Part shown: positions 41,292-49,826 of the stretch, piece by piece
Numbering within the stretch: the stretch's first letter is position 1
Layout: the number at the start of each line of letters is the position of its first letter
Source: Escherichia phage phiWec177
Sequence record: LC739532.1
Reading direction: 5' to 3' (one strand)
DNA: 64,000 nucleotides
Program-made: the position numbers and the translations under genes
The notes under the pieces: generated by a model
The model's database searches: none
What the model was told of the DNA's origin: nothing
What the model saw: the letters and a program-made list of their open reading frames with translations, nothing else

Positions 41292-41557
41292 CAGAGAATG
41301 AAGATACTTTTTACGTAGAAGGGTACTTACTGTTACCACGCCCAAAAGAAACTTATATGCGAATTGACTTCATACCAACCATTATGGATAATGTGATGTG
41401 TCATATCTTTATGCAGGGTGTCACAGCACAGCTTAAGCATGTTGGTAAAGACTGCAAAATAAAGGTTGACACTCATCCAGAAATCAAAGAGAATCACTAC
41501 ACATGGTTCTTACCAGATTCTAAAGAAATCTTAGCAGTTCTTAAAACGAGGAAGTAA
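41288..41557 (+). CDS. hypothetical protein
   Basis: Track ORF. Confidence 0.35.
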   Translation: MTENEDTFYVEGYLLLPRPKETYMRIDFIPTIMDNVMCHIFMQGVTAQLKHVGKDCKIKVDTHPEIKENHYTWFLPDSKEILAVLKTRK

Positions 41558-41559
41558 AT

Positions 41560-41889
41560 ATGCAGATTAATGGAAGAGACTTTGTAGCCGTTTACTACGA
41601 CGAGAAAGATAAAGAAGTTGGCGTAGCACAAGTATCTTATGGCAATGGTAAGTGGTTGTATGGGACAATCGCAGTAGTCGGAACAAGAAGTGATACAAAA
41701 ACTTTTAAAGACTGTGTTGACCTTCTTGAAGAATCCATCCATAATCATTGGTGTCTGATATGGATGACTGACAACGAAGTGATAGAACGCTTCAAAAAGA
41801 TTGGTATCAACATTGATAGCATTGAGCATGTTGACTTGTATGAGCTAACTGAGAAGGTAAACTATGAAAGTAATACTAGCCAGAGATAA
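41560..41889 (+). CDS. hypothetical protein
   Basis: Track ORF. Confidence 0.35.
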   Translation: MQINGRDFVAVYYDEKDKEVGVAQVSYGNGKWLYGTIAVVGTRSDTKTFKDCVDLLEESIHNHWCLIWMTDNEVIERFKKIGINIDSIEHVDLYELTEKVNYESNTSQR

Positions 41890-42097
41890 AAAGACCCGCA
41901 AGATTGTACGTTCAGCAGTATTCATAGGGAGAGATGAAGTCGTCCCGTTTGCAGGGGAAGATGTGCTAACTTATAAGAAGGGTTTAAAACGTAAATTCAG
42001 TGACCGTTTACGCGGCTTCATCTCTGAACCATTAGAAGATTTCAAAAGTCGCTGTGGCGAAGGCATCATCATCCAAGAGGCAATTATTCATGGCTGA
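41864..42097 (+). CDS. hypothetical protein
   Basis: Track ORF. Confidence 0.3.
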   Translation: MKVILARDKKTRKIVRSAVFIGRDEVVPFAGEDVLTYKKGLKRKFSDRLRGFISEPLEDFKSRCGEGIIIQEAIIHG

Positions 42098-42290
42098 CTT
42101 CTGCAAAGATTGTGCTATCGAAATGTTCGGACGTGATACAGGTGACTTAAAAGGTCTTATCACTGAAGATGACTTTAAAGCTGGCTATGCAATGCCAGTA
42201 ATCTGTGAAGGTTGTGGATGTATCTGGGTAGACCACGAAGGGCAACGTGTAAAGCCTTCAGAAGATAAAGAATCTTGGGAGAGATGTTAA
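42054..42290 (+). CDS. hypothetical Cys-rich protein
   Basis: CKDC ... CEGCGC pairs. Confidence 0.3.
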   Translation: MAKASSSKRQLFMADFCKDCAIEMFGRDTGDLKGLITEDDFKAGYAMPVICEGCGCIWVDHEGQRVKPSEDKESWERC

Positions 42291-43070
42291 ATGGGTATTG
42301 TAAAAGTTGTAAAAGGTAACTTACTAGCTGCCTTCAAAAACACAGACATTGAGTTAATTGCTCATGGTTGCAACTGTCGTAACCTCATGGGTGCTGGAAT
42401 CGCTCAAAAAATTGCTAAGATTTTCCCAAAAGCTGAAGAAGCTGACCGGAAGTTCCATAAAAAGTTTGGCTACAGTGCCCATGATATCGGATACCAGATG
42501 GCTGGTGAGGTGTCACATGCTCGAACGGAGTATGGTTACATTTTTAACCTATATACACAGTTGGATGTTGGGAAGTGTGCATCATACCGATACTTAGTGG
42601 AGTCACTAGAAAAACTCCGTAAATTTTGCTGGCTGCACAACATTCGTAAGATTGGTTTACCCATGATTGGGGCAGGTATAGGCGGTTTAGATGCACAAGC
42701 TGTGAAAAGCCTCATTAATAGTGTTATGTATAACGTTGATGTGTACCTATACGTCTATGATGAAGCAATGGCAAGTGTAGTTACCACTAAGTATGCTACC
42801 TCAGCACCACAATTCTATGATGGTGTCGTGCTAAGTGACGGGAAGACTAATCAAGTTACCCTCTATCAGCTTGTTGATGGCAAGGTTGAGGTTAGTTACC
42901 CTCTGGTTAGTGAGATGGGTATGTGTAACAGTGAAATGTTCCCAGTTGACCCGTTTGGAAGATATGAAGGTGTATTCTTTGATAACTACCCAGCAGCGTA
43001 CATCTACACAACAAATCAGGATGAAGTTCACTACTTGCTGTATTCTAAAAAGTTCAAATTCATAAGCTGA
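42291..43070 (+). CDS. macro domain protein (ADP-ribose binding/processing)
   Basis: VVKGNLLAAFKNTDIELIAHGCNCRNLMGAGIAQKI and later IGLPMIGAGIGGLD resemble macro-domain G-rich motifs. Confidence 0.6.
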   Translation: MGIVKVVKGNLLAAFKNTDIELIAHGCNCRNLMGAGIAQKIAKIFPKAEEADRKFHKKFGYSAHDIGYQMAGEVSHARTEYGYIFNLYTQLDVGKCASYRYLVESLEKLRKFCWLHNIRKIGLPMIGAGIGGLDAQAVKSLINSVMYNVDVYLYVYDEAMASVVTTKYATSAPQFYDGVVLSDGKTNQVTLYQLVDGKVEVSYPLVSEMGMCNSEMFPVDPFGRYEGVFFDNYPAAYIYTTNQDEVHYLLYSKKFKFIS

Positions 43071-43465
43071 TTAGTACTTCACAGTATCTACAAATCATCT
43101 AAGAAGGCTGCCTAACCCATTGAAAAATTTAAGGTAAGGCGGCCTTTTTCATTTTCAATTTGTGCAGGTATCTGGAGGGGTCTGTACAGATATCCCAAAA
43201 AATCTCATCGCCGGATAGAAAAATCATTTTCAAAACGTGCAGAGAAAAATCAGGTCGGGCAAGAAAAATCATTTTAGAATTGTGCAGGTAGGTGGGTGTA
43301 GGTGGGGATGTCGCCATTTCTCACAAGGCTACCACATCTAAAAAGAAAAGTCAACAGAAAAATTTGTAGCGGATTGAAAAATAATTCTTGATTGTAGTTC
43401 TGTTTTGTGGTAGTCGTGCGCGCCCGTTCCTCTCCCAAACTTACAAAAATATTTAATAAAAACTA

Positions 43466-43494
43466 TTGACACACAAAACAGGTTTACGTAATAT
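43466..43494 (+). promoter_or_regulatory. sigma70-like promoter
   Basis: TTGACA-17 bp-TAATAT upstream of the small-gene cassette. Confidence 0.5.
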
Positions 43495-43543
43495 TTGCAT
43501 CAGACGGGCAAGCAAGCCCACTCCCTAAACTGGAGATTCTAAA

Positions 43544-43750
43544 ATGTTATATCAACGCCAATTGATGATTGTAGACAATAACAAGACTAAAAAGCGCCGT
43601 TTCTTTATGCTTATTTGTGATGTATGGCAACGTATCTCAGAAAAGGATTTTGATAAATATGTTGATACATCAATCAGGTCAGATTGTTATTTGACAAATC
43701 ACACAAGACAGTTTACAAGACATACAGCAGTTTACTACTATGACGTTTAA
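43544..43750 (+). CDS. hypothetical small protein (cassette gene 1)
   Basis: Preceded by CCTAAACTGGAGATTCTAAAATG module. Confidence 0.45.
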   Translation: MLYQRQLMIVDNNKTKKRRFFMLICDVWQRISEKDFDKYVDTSIRSDCYLTNHTRQFTRHTAVYYYDV

Positions 43751-43761
43751 AAGGGCTTGAC

Positions 43762-43923
43762 AATGATTAAAGAAGGCAATGTAATAAGCTACAAAGATTT
43801 AGACGGATACCCAAAAATTGGGAAAGTTTTCTACCTTTACAAGTCAGTGATGGATAATGACTGCATAGCCCTAACAAATGGCGACAAGATAACCATGAAA
43901 GATTTTATAAAAATTATTTCATA
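43762..43923 (+). CDS. hypothetical small protein (cassette gene 2)
   Basis: 53-codon ORF MIKEGNVISYKDL... below track cutoff; fills gap before repeat A1. Confidence 0.3.
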
Positions 43924-44011
43924 AAGTGCTTTACATGGGGTTTAAAAAGGTAGTATCTTAAGCCCCAGATAAAGAGCTTTACCACTCAATCCTAAATTGG
44001 AGAACTTAAAA
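43922..44011 (+). repeat. intergenic module type A, copy 1
   Basis: Hairpin GGGGTTTAA...TTAAGCCCC then AGATAAAGAGCTTTACCACTCAATCCTAAATTGGAGAACTTAAAA before ATG. Confidence 0.7.
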
Positions 44012-44392
44012 ATGGCATACCGCGCACCGAAATTCATCAATAAAGAAAATTTTCGTAATGTATTAGAGAAGGCGCTTGATGAAAAATTTAACGGCAAAAT
44101 AATTGTTGTTCACTCGTTCAATTTTAAGTATGATATCAACGGGAATAAAATCAACCATTACACGGCAACCATGTTAGATGGTACTCTTTCAAGTGAAAAA
44201 ACAATTCTCCATGCACTTGCAGGACGTGGTAAAAACCTGATAAGATGCGATAAGAGACGTTATCAGGGTGGCGCATATGGTTATGATGATGCTGTTTATC
44301 ATCTTGAAAATATGGGCTATTCAGTGGAAAAAGCTGGAGTGTCTCAAATAATCGGCAGTGACGGCTATGTGACAATTTTCAAAATTAACTAA
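44012..44392 (+). CDS. hypothetical protein (cassette gene 3)
   Basis: ATG at 44012 after type A module; track ORF 43997 starts at upstream TTG. Confidence 0.45.
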   Translation: MAYRAPKFINKENFRNVLEKALDEKFNGKIIVVHSFNFKYDINGNKINHYTATMLDGTLSSEKTILHALAGRGKNLIRCDKRRYQGGAYGYDDAVYHLENMGYSVEKAGVSQIIGSDGYVTIFKIN

Positions 44393-44480
44393 TAAAGTAC
44401 TTTACAGGGGGCTTACAGTTCGATAAAGTAAGCCCCAGATAAAGAGCTTTACCACTCAATCCTAAACTGGAGTTTCAAAA
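44393..44480 (+). repeat. intergenic module type A, copy 2
   Basis: AAAGTACTTT palindrome, hairpin GGGGCTTAC...GTAAGCCCC, conserved AGATAAAGAGCTTTACCACTCAATCCTAAACTGGAG. Confidence 0.75.
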
Positions 44481-44777
44481 ATGAAACTATCAAATAAAGC
44501 CCGTGAAAATCTAAGCAAGTTACTTAACAAAATTGATTTTATTGAAACATCAAGGAATAGTCATGATGTTATGGAATGGTTACACGGCAAAATAAAAGGC
44601 CGTCGTGTAGTAATTTGCTTATGGAATAGTTGCAGGGAATATAAAAAACCTGTATTACAAGTCAATATCTACGATGATACTTTTAAAAGCCCTGTAAAGT
44701 CTAAAAGCGATTTATTAGAATCTTATGAGATAACTGTAAGTGGCAAAGTATCACGTAAAGAGGAAACACCGTGTTAA
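44481..44777 (+). CDS. hypothetical protein (cassette gene 4)
   Basis: Track ORF after module A2. Confidence 0.45.
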   Translation: MKLSNKARENLSKLLNKIDFIETSRNSHDVMEWLHGKIKGRRVVICLWNSCREYKKPVLQVNIYDDTFKSPVKSKSDLLESYEITVSGKVSRKEETPC

Positions 44778-45103
44778 TGACTGGTATCACTGCAATCATT
44801 GCCATTTTCGCGCTATATAAGGCATATAAAGCCTATAATCTAGCAAATAAGGCAATCACACAGCAGGTTAGCAATAACCTTGTAGAGAGCTTTCTAGGAC
44901 GCCTCAGTGATGAGCAAATAAAGCGGCTAGAGATGAGCTTCAGATATAAAGCGAAAACCTATCAGATAAGTGACATCTTCAAAGATGATTTTCAGTTAGT
45001 CGATGATTATAATTCACTGATAAATGCTTTGAATGTCAGTGACTTAAAAGATTATTACGTTGTAATTGTTCAAGAATTGAGCAAACGAAAAAATTCCTCT
45101 TGA
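44771..45103 (+). CDS. hypothetical membrane-anchored protein (cassette gene 5)
   Basis: N-terminal hydrophobic TGITAIIAIFALY. Confidence 0.4.
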   Translation: MLMTGITAIIAIFALYKAYKAYNLANKAITQQVSNNLVESFLGRLSDEQIKRLEMSFRYKAKTYQISDIFKDDFQLVDDYNSLINALNVSDLKDYYVVIVQELSKRKNSS

Positions 45104-45120
45104 TTTTGGTTTTTAAAACA

Positions 45121-45193
45121 AGTAAATTACTAATCAACGGTGAGGGAATGAACTTCCCCACTAAGTAAAGTCCTTAAACTAGGAGATTCAAAA
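45121..45193 (+). repeat. intergenic module type B, copy 1
   Basis: ATTACTAATCAACGG, hairpin GGGAATGAACTTCCC, then ACTAAGTAAAGTCCTTAAACTAGGAGATTCAAAAATG. Confidence 0.7.
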
Positions 45194-45466
45194 ATGTATA
45201 CTACTAACAACGGTCGCACTTTAAACGTAACCCTACGCCACTATGTGAACGGTGTAATGCACTTCGAGGATTTACAAGCCGAACAACACATTTTAGATTG
45301 GCAACTTGCAGGACTCCAAAAAACTGTTACAGGATACGGGAAAAAGATTCCAACTAGCTGGAAAGTATACTACGAAGGCCGTTTGCGCAGAATTTATCAA
45401 GATGTATACAGCAATAGCGCAACAAGTTACATCATGGTAAAAGGTAAAAAGCTGCATTTAGCATAA
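45194..45466 (+). CDS. hypothetical protein (cassette gene 6)
   Basis: Track ORF after module B1. Confidence 0.45.
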   Translation: MYTTNNGRTLNVTLRHYVNGVMHFEDLQAEQHILDWQLAGLQKTVTGYGKKIPTSWKVYYEGRLRRIYQDVYSNSATSYIMVKGKKLHLA

Positions 45467-45552
45467 AGTACTTTACAAGGGGCTTATAGTTCGATAAAGT
45501 AAGCCCCAGATAAAGAGCTTTACCACTCAATCCTAAACTGGAGAACTTAAAA
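45464..45552 (+). repeat. intergenic module type A, copy 3
   Basis: Near-identical to copy 2. Confidence 0.75.
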
Positions 45553-45957
45553 ATGGCTATTAATAACCGTGAATTATCAATTTTAAAAGCACGTTTGACC
45601 GTTAACCGGATTAATGTTATTACGTCATCAGCACCAGATGAAACATTGCACAGCATTATTGGGAAGATTCAAAGTATTATTTTAGACGTTGAAAACGTAA
45701 AAAGTTCATTGGCTGACGTTGCAGCAGGTATCACGCTAGACGGTGCGCAATATGAAATGATTGATATGCTAGGCAAATCTAAGGTAATGAATAGGGAGTT
45801 AGATTTGAAAATGTTTAGATTTGCTGTTAAAGTATGGCTATCCGTCGAGTATGACGCTAATTTTGCAATCGCTGATTTCTTTGCCACTTGGTTACAACGT
45901 AATTTGACAAATCACGATTTTCGTGATGTCTGTGATGCAATTTATGCAGAACTCTAA
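45553..45957 (+). CDS. hypothetical protein (cassette gene 7)
   Basis: Track ORF after module A3. Confidence 0.45.
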   Translation: MAINNRELSILKARLTVNRINVITSSAPDETLHSIIGKIQSIILDVENVKSSLADVAAGITLDGAQYEMIDMLGKSKVMNRELDLKMFRFAVKVWLSVEYDANFAIADFFATWLQRNLTNHDFRDVCDAIYAEL

Positions 45958-45966
45958 AAAATTTTG

Positions 45967-45995
45967 TTGACACTGATTTTTAGATAGGTTAAATT
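45967..45995 (+). promoter_or_regulatory. sigma70-like promoter
   Basis: TTGACA-17 bp-TAAATT just upstream of module B2. Confidence 0.45.
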
Positions 45996-46057
45996 ACACA
46001 TCAACGGGGAGGCGATAACCTCCCCACTAAATAAAGTCCTAAACTGGAGATTCTAAA
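45989..46057 (+). repeat. intergenic module type B, copy 2
   Basis: ATCAACGGGGAGGCGATAACCTCCCCACTAAATAAAGTCCTAAACTGGAGATTCTAAAATG. Confidence 0.75.
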
Positions 46058-46261
46058 ATGGCTATTATCAACGGCTTACACATTGAAACAACTCACATCA
46101 AAGATATTAAAGTTGGTGATATAGTTCTCTTTCACGGCGTAGAAAAAACTGTCACGGCGAAAGATATTACAGAAGAATCTTTCATGGGCCGGTCACTCTT
46201 CGGTGATTCTTATTGCTTAGGTTACCGTGCAGTTTTAAAAGTTGTCAAAAATAACAAATAA
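46058..46261 (+). CDS. hypothetical small protein (cassette gene 8)
   Basis: Track ORF after module B2. Confidence 0.45.
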   Translation: MAIINGLHIETTHIKDIKVGDIVLFHGVEKTVTAKDITEESFMGRSLFGDSYCLGYRAVLKVVKNNK

Positions 46262-46346
46262 AGTACTTTACAAGGGGCTTAAAAGTTGGTATCTTAAGCC
46301 CCAGATAAAGAGCTTTACCACTAAATCCTAAACTGGAGATTCAAAA
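46259..46346 (+). repeat. intergenic module type A, copy 4
   Basis: AAAGTACTTT, hairpin GGGGCTTAA...TTAAGCCCC, AGATAAAGAGCTTTACCACTAAATCCTAAACTGGAG. Confidence 0.75.
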
Positions 46347-46889
46347 ATGAAATGCTTTCATGGTACTACTCAAGAAAACTTTATCAACCTGATTAATAAC
46401 GGTGATAAACCATCGGGCGCATGGAATTGTTCGGATATGGACGGCAATTTTTACGTTTATCCAGAAAATAAAATCTATGGCGACGATGAGGAAGAGATAA
46501 CAGCCGAAGGTATCCAACAAGCTCTAGGCAATGCCACTATCACCGCAGCTTTTCAGATGAAGACTCAAAATATTGTTATCTTAGAACTCGATATTCCAGA
46601 GGATGAGCTAAACGATGATTATTCTTGTGATAATATGTCGAGTGTAGCAAGTTTTACAGAGTACTTTGATGTAAGTTGGATTAAAAAGGTTTACGTAACA
46701 GAATTTAATGCGATGTATTCGCCTTTTTGTCTTCCTTCACTGGATAACCCAAATATGAACTATCTTGATGAGTCTCTGGAGCTTCTCGCTAAAAGTGTTC
46801 AACAGTCGGACAGTATTCAGGTTTTTTGTGACATCATGGATACACTAACGGGAAACATCACAGAGAGAGACTTAAAGAGCTTTTTTTAA
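46347..46889 (+). CDS. hypothetical protein (cassette gene 9)
   Basis: 180 aa, acidic; no motif recognised. Confidence 0.45.
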   Translation: MKCFHGTTQENFINLINNGDKPSGAWNCSDMDGNFYVYPENKIYGDDEEEITAEGIQQALGNATITAAFQMKTQNIVILELDIPEDELNDDYSCDNMSSVASFTEYFDVSWIKKVYVTEFNAMYSPFCLPSLDNPNMNYLDESLELLAKSVQQSDSIQVFCDIMDTLTGNITERDLKSFF

Positions 46890-46919
46890 AACCTATACAA
46901 TCACCTTATAAACACTAAT

Positions 46920-46942
46920 CAGCCCCTTACAGGGGCTTTTAG
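46920..46942 (+). terminator. rho-independent terminator
   Basis: AGCCCCT-TAC-AGGGGCT then TTT. Confidence 0.55.
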
Positions 46943-46954
46943 AGGGCTTAAATC

Positions 46955-47188
46955 ATGCTAACAACCGTTTATCTCATCCTCTCAATTTGTAATGGCCATT
47001 CATGCGATTTTAAAGGGCTTGAGGAGTTTACAGGGAGTAAAGAGAATGCTGTTCAAGTTTGCCAGATAGCAAGGCAAGACTATCCCGCAAGTGATGATAT
47101 ACAATGTTACTTTAAGACAGAAGATGACGAAGGAATCTATTTCGACAGTGTTGATGGACAATATGAGATTATCATTGAAAAAGACTAG
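46955..47188 (+). CDS. hypothetical small protein (cassette gene 10)
   Basis: Hydrophobic N-terminus with Cys; possible exported protein. Confidence 0.4.
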   Translation: MLTTVYLILSICNGHSCDFKGLEEFTGSKENAVQVCQIARQDYPASDDIQCYFKTEDDEGIYFDSVDGQYEIIIEKD

Positions 47189-47204
47189 ACAAGCCTGATA
47201 AAAA

Positions 47205-47279
47205 TCTGTAAATTGTCAATCAACGGGGGGGGGGAATGACCTTCCCCACTAAATAAAGTCCTAAACTGGAGATTCTAAA
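47205..47279 (+). repeat. intergenic module type B, copy 3
   Basis: AATCTGTAAATTGTCAATCAACGGGGGGGGGAATGACCTTCCCCACTAAATAAAGTCCTAAACTGGAGATTCTAAA. Confidence 0.75.
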
Positions 47280-47528
47280 ATGTATACTAAAACGCAACTT
47301 AAAAGCATGGTTAACAATGGTTTAATGGATGAAGTCTACAAAGAATGTAGACGCTATGGAAAAATCATGGATAAGTCTAGTTATGAGTATACTCACACAA
47401 TAGATTTCAAAACTAATGAAAAACAAACTGACTTTATCACTGTAATAGTTATTGAATATAAACACTTGCTGTGGACTTTTGAGCTAGTAAAAGGTGAGTG
47501 TATAGAAATCGAATACAAAGACGCTTAA
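47280..47528 (+). CDS. hypothetical small protein (cassette gene 11)
   Basis: Track ORF after module B3. Confidence 0.45.
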   Translation: MYTKTQLKSMVNNGLMDEVYKECRRYGKIMDKSSYEYTHTIDFKTNEKQTDFITVIVIEYKHLLWTFELVKGECIEIEYKDA

Positions 47529-47607
47529 AAGTACTTTACAGGGGGCTTAAAAGTTGATATCTTAAGCCCCCAGATAAAGAGCTTTCCTAAACTGGAGATT
47601 CAAAAAG
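47526..47607 (+). repeat. intergenic module type A, copy 5 (shortened)
   Basis: AAAGTACTTT, hairpin GGGGGCTTAA...TTAAGCCCCC, AGATAAAGAGCTTTCCTAAACTGGAG. Confidence 0.7.
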
Positions 47608-47754
47608 ATGACACATACTATTGAGACAGTTTTTAACAACCCTGTATTCTCAGAGATGATTTTCTCATTTGTCATGATGTTACTAGTAAAAACCATGAAA
47701 AAAGCAGAAAAACTGCATTTAAAGAAAAAATCTATTGTAAACCGTCTTAAGTAA
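47608..47754 (+). CDS. hypothetical small membrane protein (cassette gene 12)
   Basis: 48-codon ORF MTHTIETVFNNPVFSEMIFSFVMMLLVKTMKK... below track cutoff. Confidence 0.35.
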   Translation: MTHTIETVFNNPVFSEMIFSFVMMLLVKTMKKAEKLHLKKKSIVNRLK

Positions 47755-47800
47755 AGATAAAGTATCTAGCAATCTCACTTCCTAAACTGGAGAATCTAAA

Positions 47801-48142
47801 ATGGCTTATGTAACCGTAATTACCGATAAAGAGAATTCATCTTGGTCAACTCAGGTTAGTGACAAGATGTCACCTATGCAGTGCCTAAAATACTTTGAAC
47901 AGTGGAATAGAGGTGAGGATACAAGCCCCTTTCAAGTGATGCAGATTATCCATACAGATAACGAAGGGAATAAAACGACTTTAAATAGTGAGTACTACGC
48001 AAGCCGTTTTGAAACGAGAAGTAGAACAATGAAGCTTCTACGTGAATCCGGTTATGCTCATATTGCCGCTCTAATCTGGGATGACCTGCTAAAAAGTCAG
48101 CGTATCAGCTATGTAAAACCTGAAAAAATATTCATCAGTTAA
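47801..48142 (+). CDS. hypothetical protein (cassette gene 13)
   Basis: Preceded by short CCTAAACTGGAGAATCTAAAATG module. Confidence 0.45.
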   Translation: MAYVTVITDKENSSWSTQVSDKMSPMQCLKYFEQWNRGEDTSPFQVMQIIHTDNEGNKTTLNSEYYASRFETRSRTMKLLRESGYAHIAALIWDDLLKSQRISYVKPEKIFIS

Positions 48143-48291
48143 TCAATAACTTACAAAAAACTTTTAAAAAAGTGTTGACAATACCCCTTGACATTGGTAA
48201 CTTTGTTCGAGGGGGTTTATCTAAAAGGGATTCACTTAAAAGATTCTTTATAGATAAGCTTAAAAATTGCTTGCATTCAACTATCAAAACA

Positions 48292-48361
48292 AGTAAATTA
48301 CTAATCAACGGGGAGGCAATAACATCCCCACTAAATAAAGTCCTAAACTGGAGATTCTAAA
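48292..48361 (+). repeat. intergenic module type B, copy 4
   Basis: ATTACTAATCAACGGGGAGGCAATAACATCCCCACTAAATAAAGTCCTAAACTGGAGATTCTAAA. Confidence 0.75.
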
Positions 48362-48892
48362 ATGAACAAATTTCAAGCTATCAACCACATTCGTTCAAAT
48401 AGTGTCATGTCTAAGCCTGTTAAAGACACATATGAGTTCCGTTGTAATGGGGTACACTTTGCAACCATCACTAAATCAGAAAACGGGGCTTATTACGTTC
48501 ATCGTCGTAATGTTTATACCGTTGTAGTCTCTCACTTTATGCAAGCTGTAGCAGAGTTATTACCGTTATTCTTAGAGATTTACTTAGATGAGTGTAAAAA
48601 CGTTCACAACCACGTTAAAAACCTTTTAAACGGTTATAAAATGGCTTATGAGCGTTCTATCAAGTCCTTAAACAAGTTCTATAAAGCCCCTGCAAATACT
48701 GTTTCAATGGCTTACAGTGTAAGCGGTGAGTTGGTTAGTCTCTTCGAAGTGGAAGAAATCGAACTATATAACTCACGCCCTAGCGGTTACTCTAAGACAC
48801 TGGGAGAGGGCTTATCTTTCAATATCAAGAACTTAGAGAAAACTTTAAAAGATATTGAAAAAGATATTGACGAGACAATCAAAAATCTGTAA
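48362..48892 (+). CDS. hypothetical protein (cassette gene 14)
   Basis: 176 aa; its 3' end is part of repeat module B5. Confidence 0.45.
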   Translation: MNKFQAINHIRSNSVMSKPVKDTYEFRCNGVHFATITKSENGAYYVHRRNVYTVVVSHFMQAVAELLPLFLEIYLDECKNVHNHVKNLLNGYKMAYERSIKSLNKFYKAPANTVSMAYSVSGELVSLFEVEEIELYNSRPSGYSKTLGEGLSFNIKNLEKTLKDIEKDIDETIKNL

Positions 48893-48959
48893 ATTGTCAA
48901 TCAACGGGGAGGGAATGACCTTCCCCACTAAATAAAGTCCTAAACTGGAGATTCTAAAA
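48876..48959 (+). repeat. intergenic module type B, copy 5
   Basis: Near-identical to copy 3, including upstream AAAATCTGTAAATTGTCAATCAACGG. Confidence 0.75.
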
Positions 48960-49207
48960 TGGCAACTATCCGCGCCACTGTTAACGAATTTGGTTTTTAC
49001 TCTCTGGATGTTAAATTTGACCTTGTAGGCACTGACAACGCCTTTGAAATGGTGAAAGGTCTTATCAGTCAGACCATCAAGGACTATAACCCCTCTAATG
49101 AGTTCTGGAAAGAAACAAAACAGGAAGTTCTTAAAGATGGTTACACTTTTCACTATTGGGGTGAAAAAATCGTCTCCCTGTACTACGACAAAGAAGGCAC
49201 TAACTAA
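48960..49207 (+). CDS. hypothetical small protein (cassette gene 15)
   Basis: Track ORF after module B5; last plus-strand gene before the noncoding region. Confidence 0.45.
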
Positions 49208-49245
49208 ACACCGCAGCGGGGCTAAATAGCCCCAGATACCTGAAC

Positions 49246-49270
49246 AGCCCCTATTTAAAGGGGCTTTTTT
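49246..49270 (+). terminator. rho-independent terminator
   Basis: AGCCCCT-ATTTAA-AGGGGCT then TTTTTT; preceded by second hairpin CGGGGCTAAATAGCCCCAG. Confidence 0.6.
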
Positions 49271-49446
49271 ACGTCTATTGAATTCTTATACAATCCCTTT
49301 CCCTCACCTTCCTAGAATCTTATCAGACCTTAAAAGCAATAACTCTATAGTCTACTCTATAACCTCTTATCAAATCAACTAAGTGGCATTGTTACCAATC
49401 CCTTAAATATAAGCCCATAACCCGAAAGGGAAGGGCAATCCCTTAA

Positions 49447-49526
49447 ACGCTCTATAACGCTCTATAACGCTCTATAACGCTCTATAACGCTCTATAACGC
49501 TCTATAACGCTCTATAACGCTCTATA
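49447..49526. repeat. tandem repeat, 8 copies of 10-bp unit ACGCTCTATA
   Basis: Perfect head-to-tail copies read directly. Confidence 0.9.
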
Positions 49527-49715
49527 ACGCTCTATAACAGCCTTATCAACCTAACTTAAGCAATCATATTAACCCACTCTAAAAAGCCCTTTATAGAGCT
49601 TCTCAGAGCCTTAAAAGAATCTTATAAGGGTGTAAGCTTTATCGTCTCGTTAGTATTCTTGTGAATATCTAAAAAGGACTTGTTAGTGTCTTAAAAGTAT
49701 GTTATAGGGGCTATG

Positions 49716-49800
49716 AAGTTACGTAAAAGTAGCTTAAAAGTAGCTTAAAAGTTACGTAAATGCTAGCCCCCTTAACATTTTCTTAACAATTTCTTAACAA
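49716..49800. repeat. nested direct repeats (GTTACGTAAAA / GTAGCTTAAAA x2 / CTTAACAATTT x3)
   Basis: AGTTACGTAAAAGTAGCTTAAAAGTAGCTTAAAAGTTACGTAAA then CTTAACATTTTCTTAACAATTTCTTAACAA. Confidence 0.8.
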
Positions 49801-49826
49801 TCCCTACATAGTTATACTTTTAAGGC

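Noticed and set aside
48172-48360. Track ORF 48172-48360 as a cassette gene
   Set aside because: Lies across promoter-like TTGACA hexamers and repeat module B4, with no RBS-ATG module of the kind preceding the other cassette genes.
49447-49526. CRISPR array
   Set aside because: Eight identical 10-bp units with no spacers; a simple tandem repeat.
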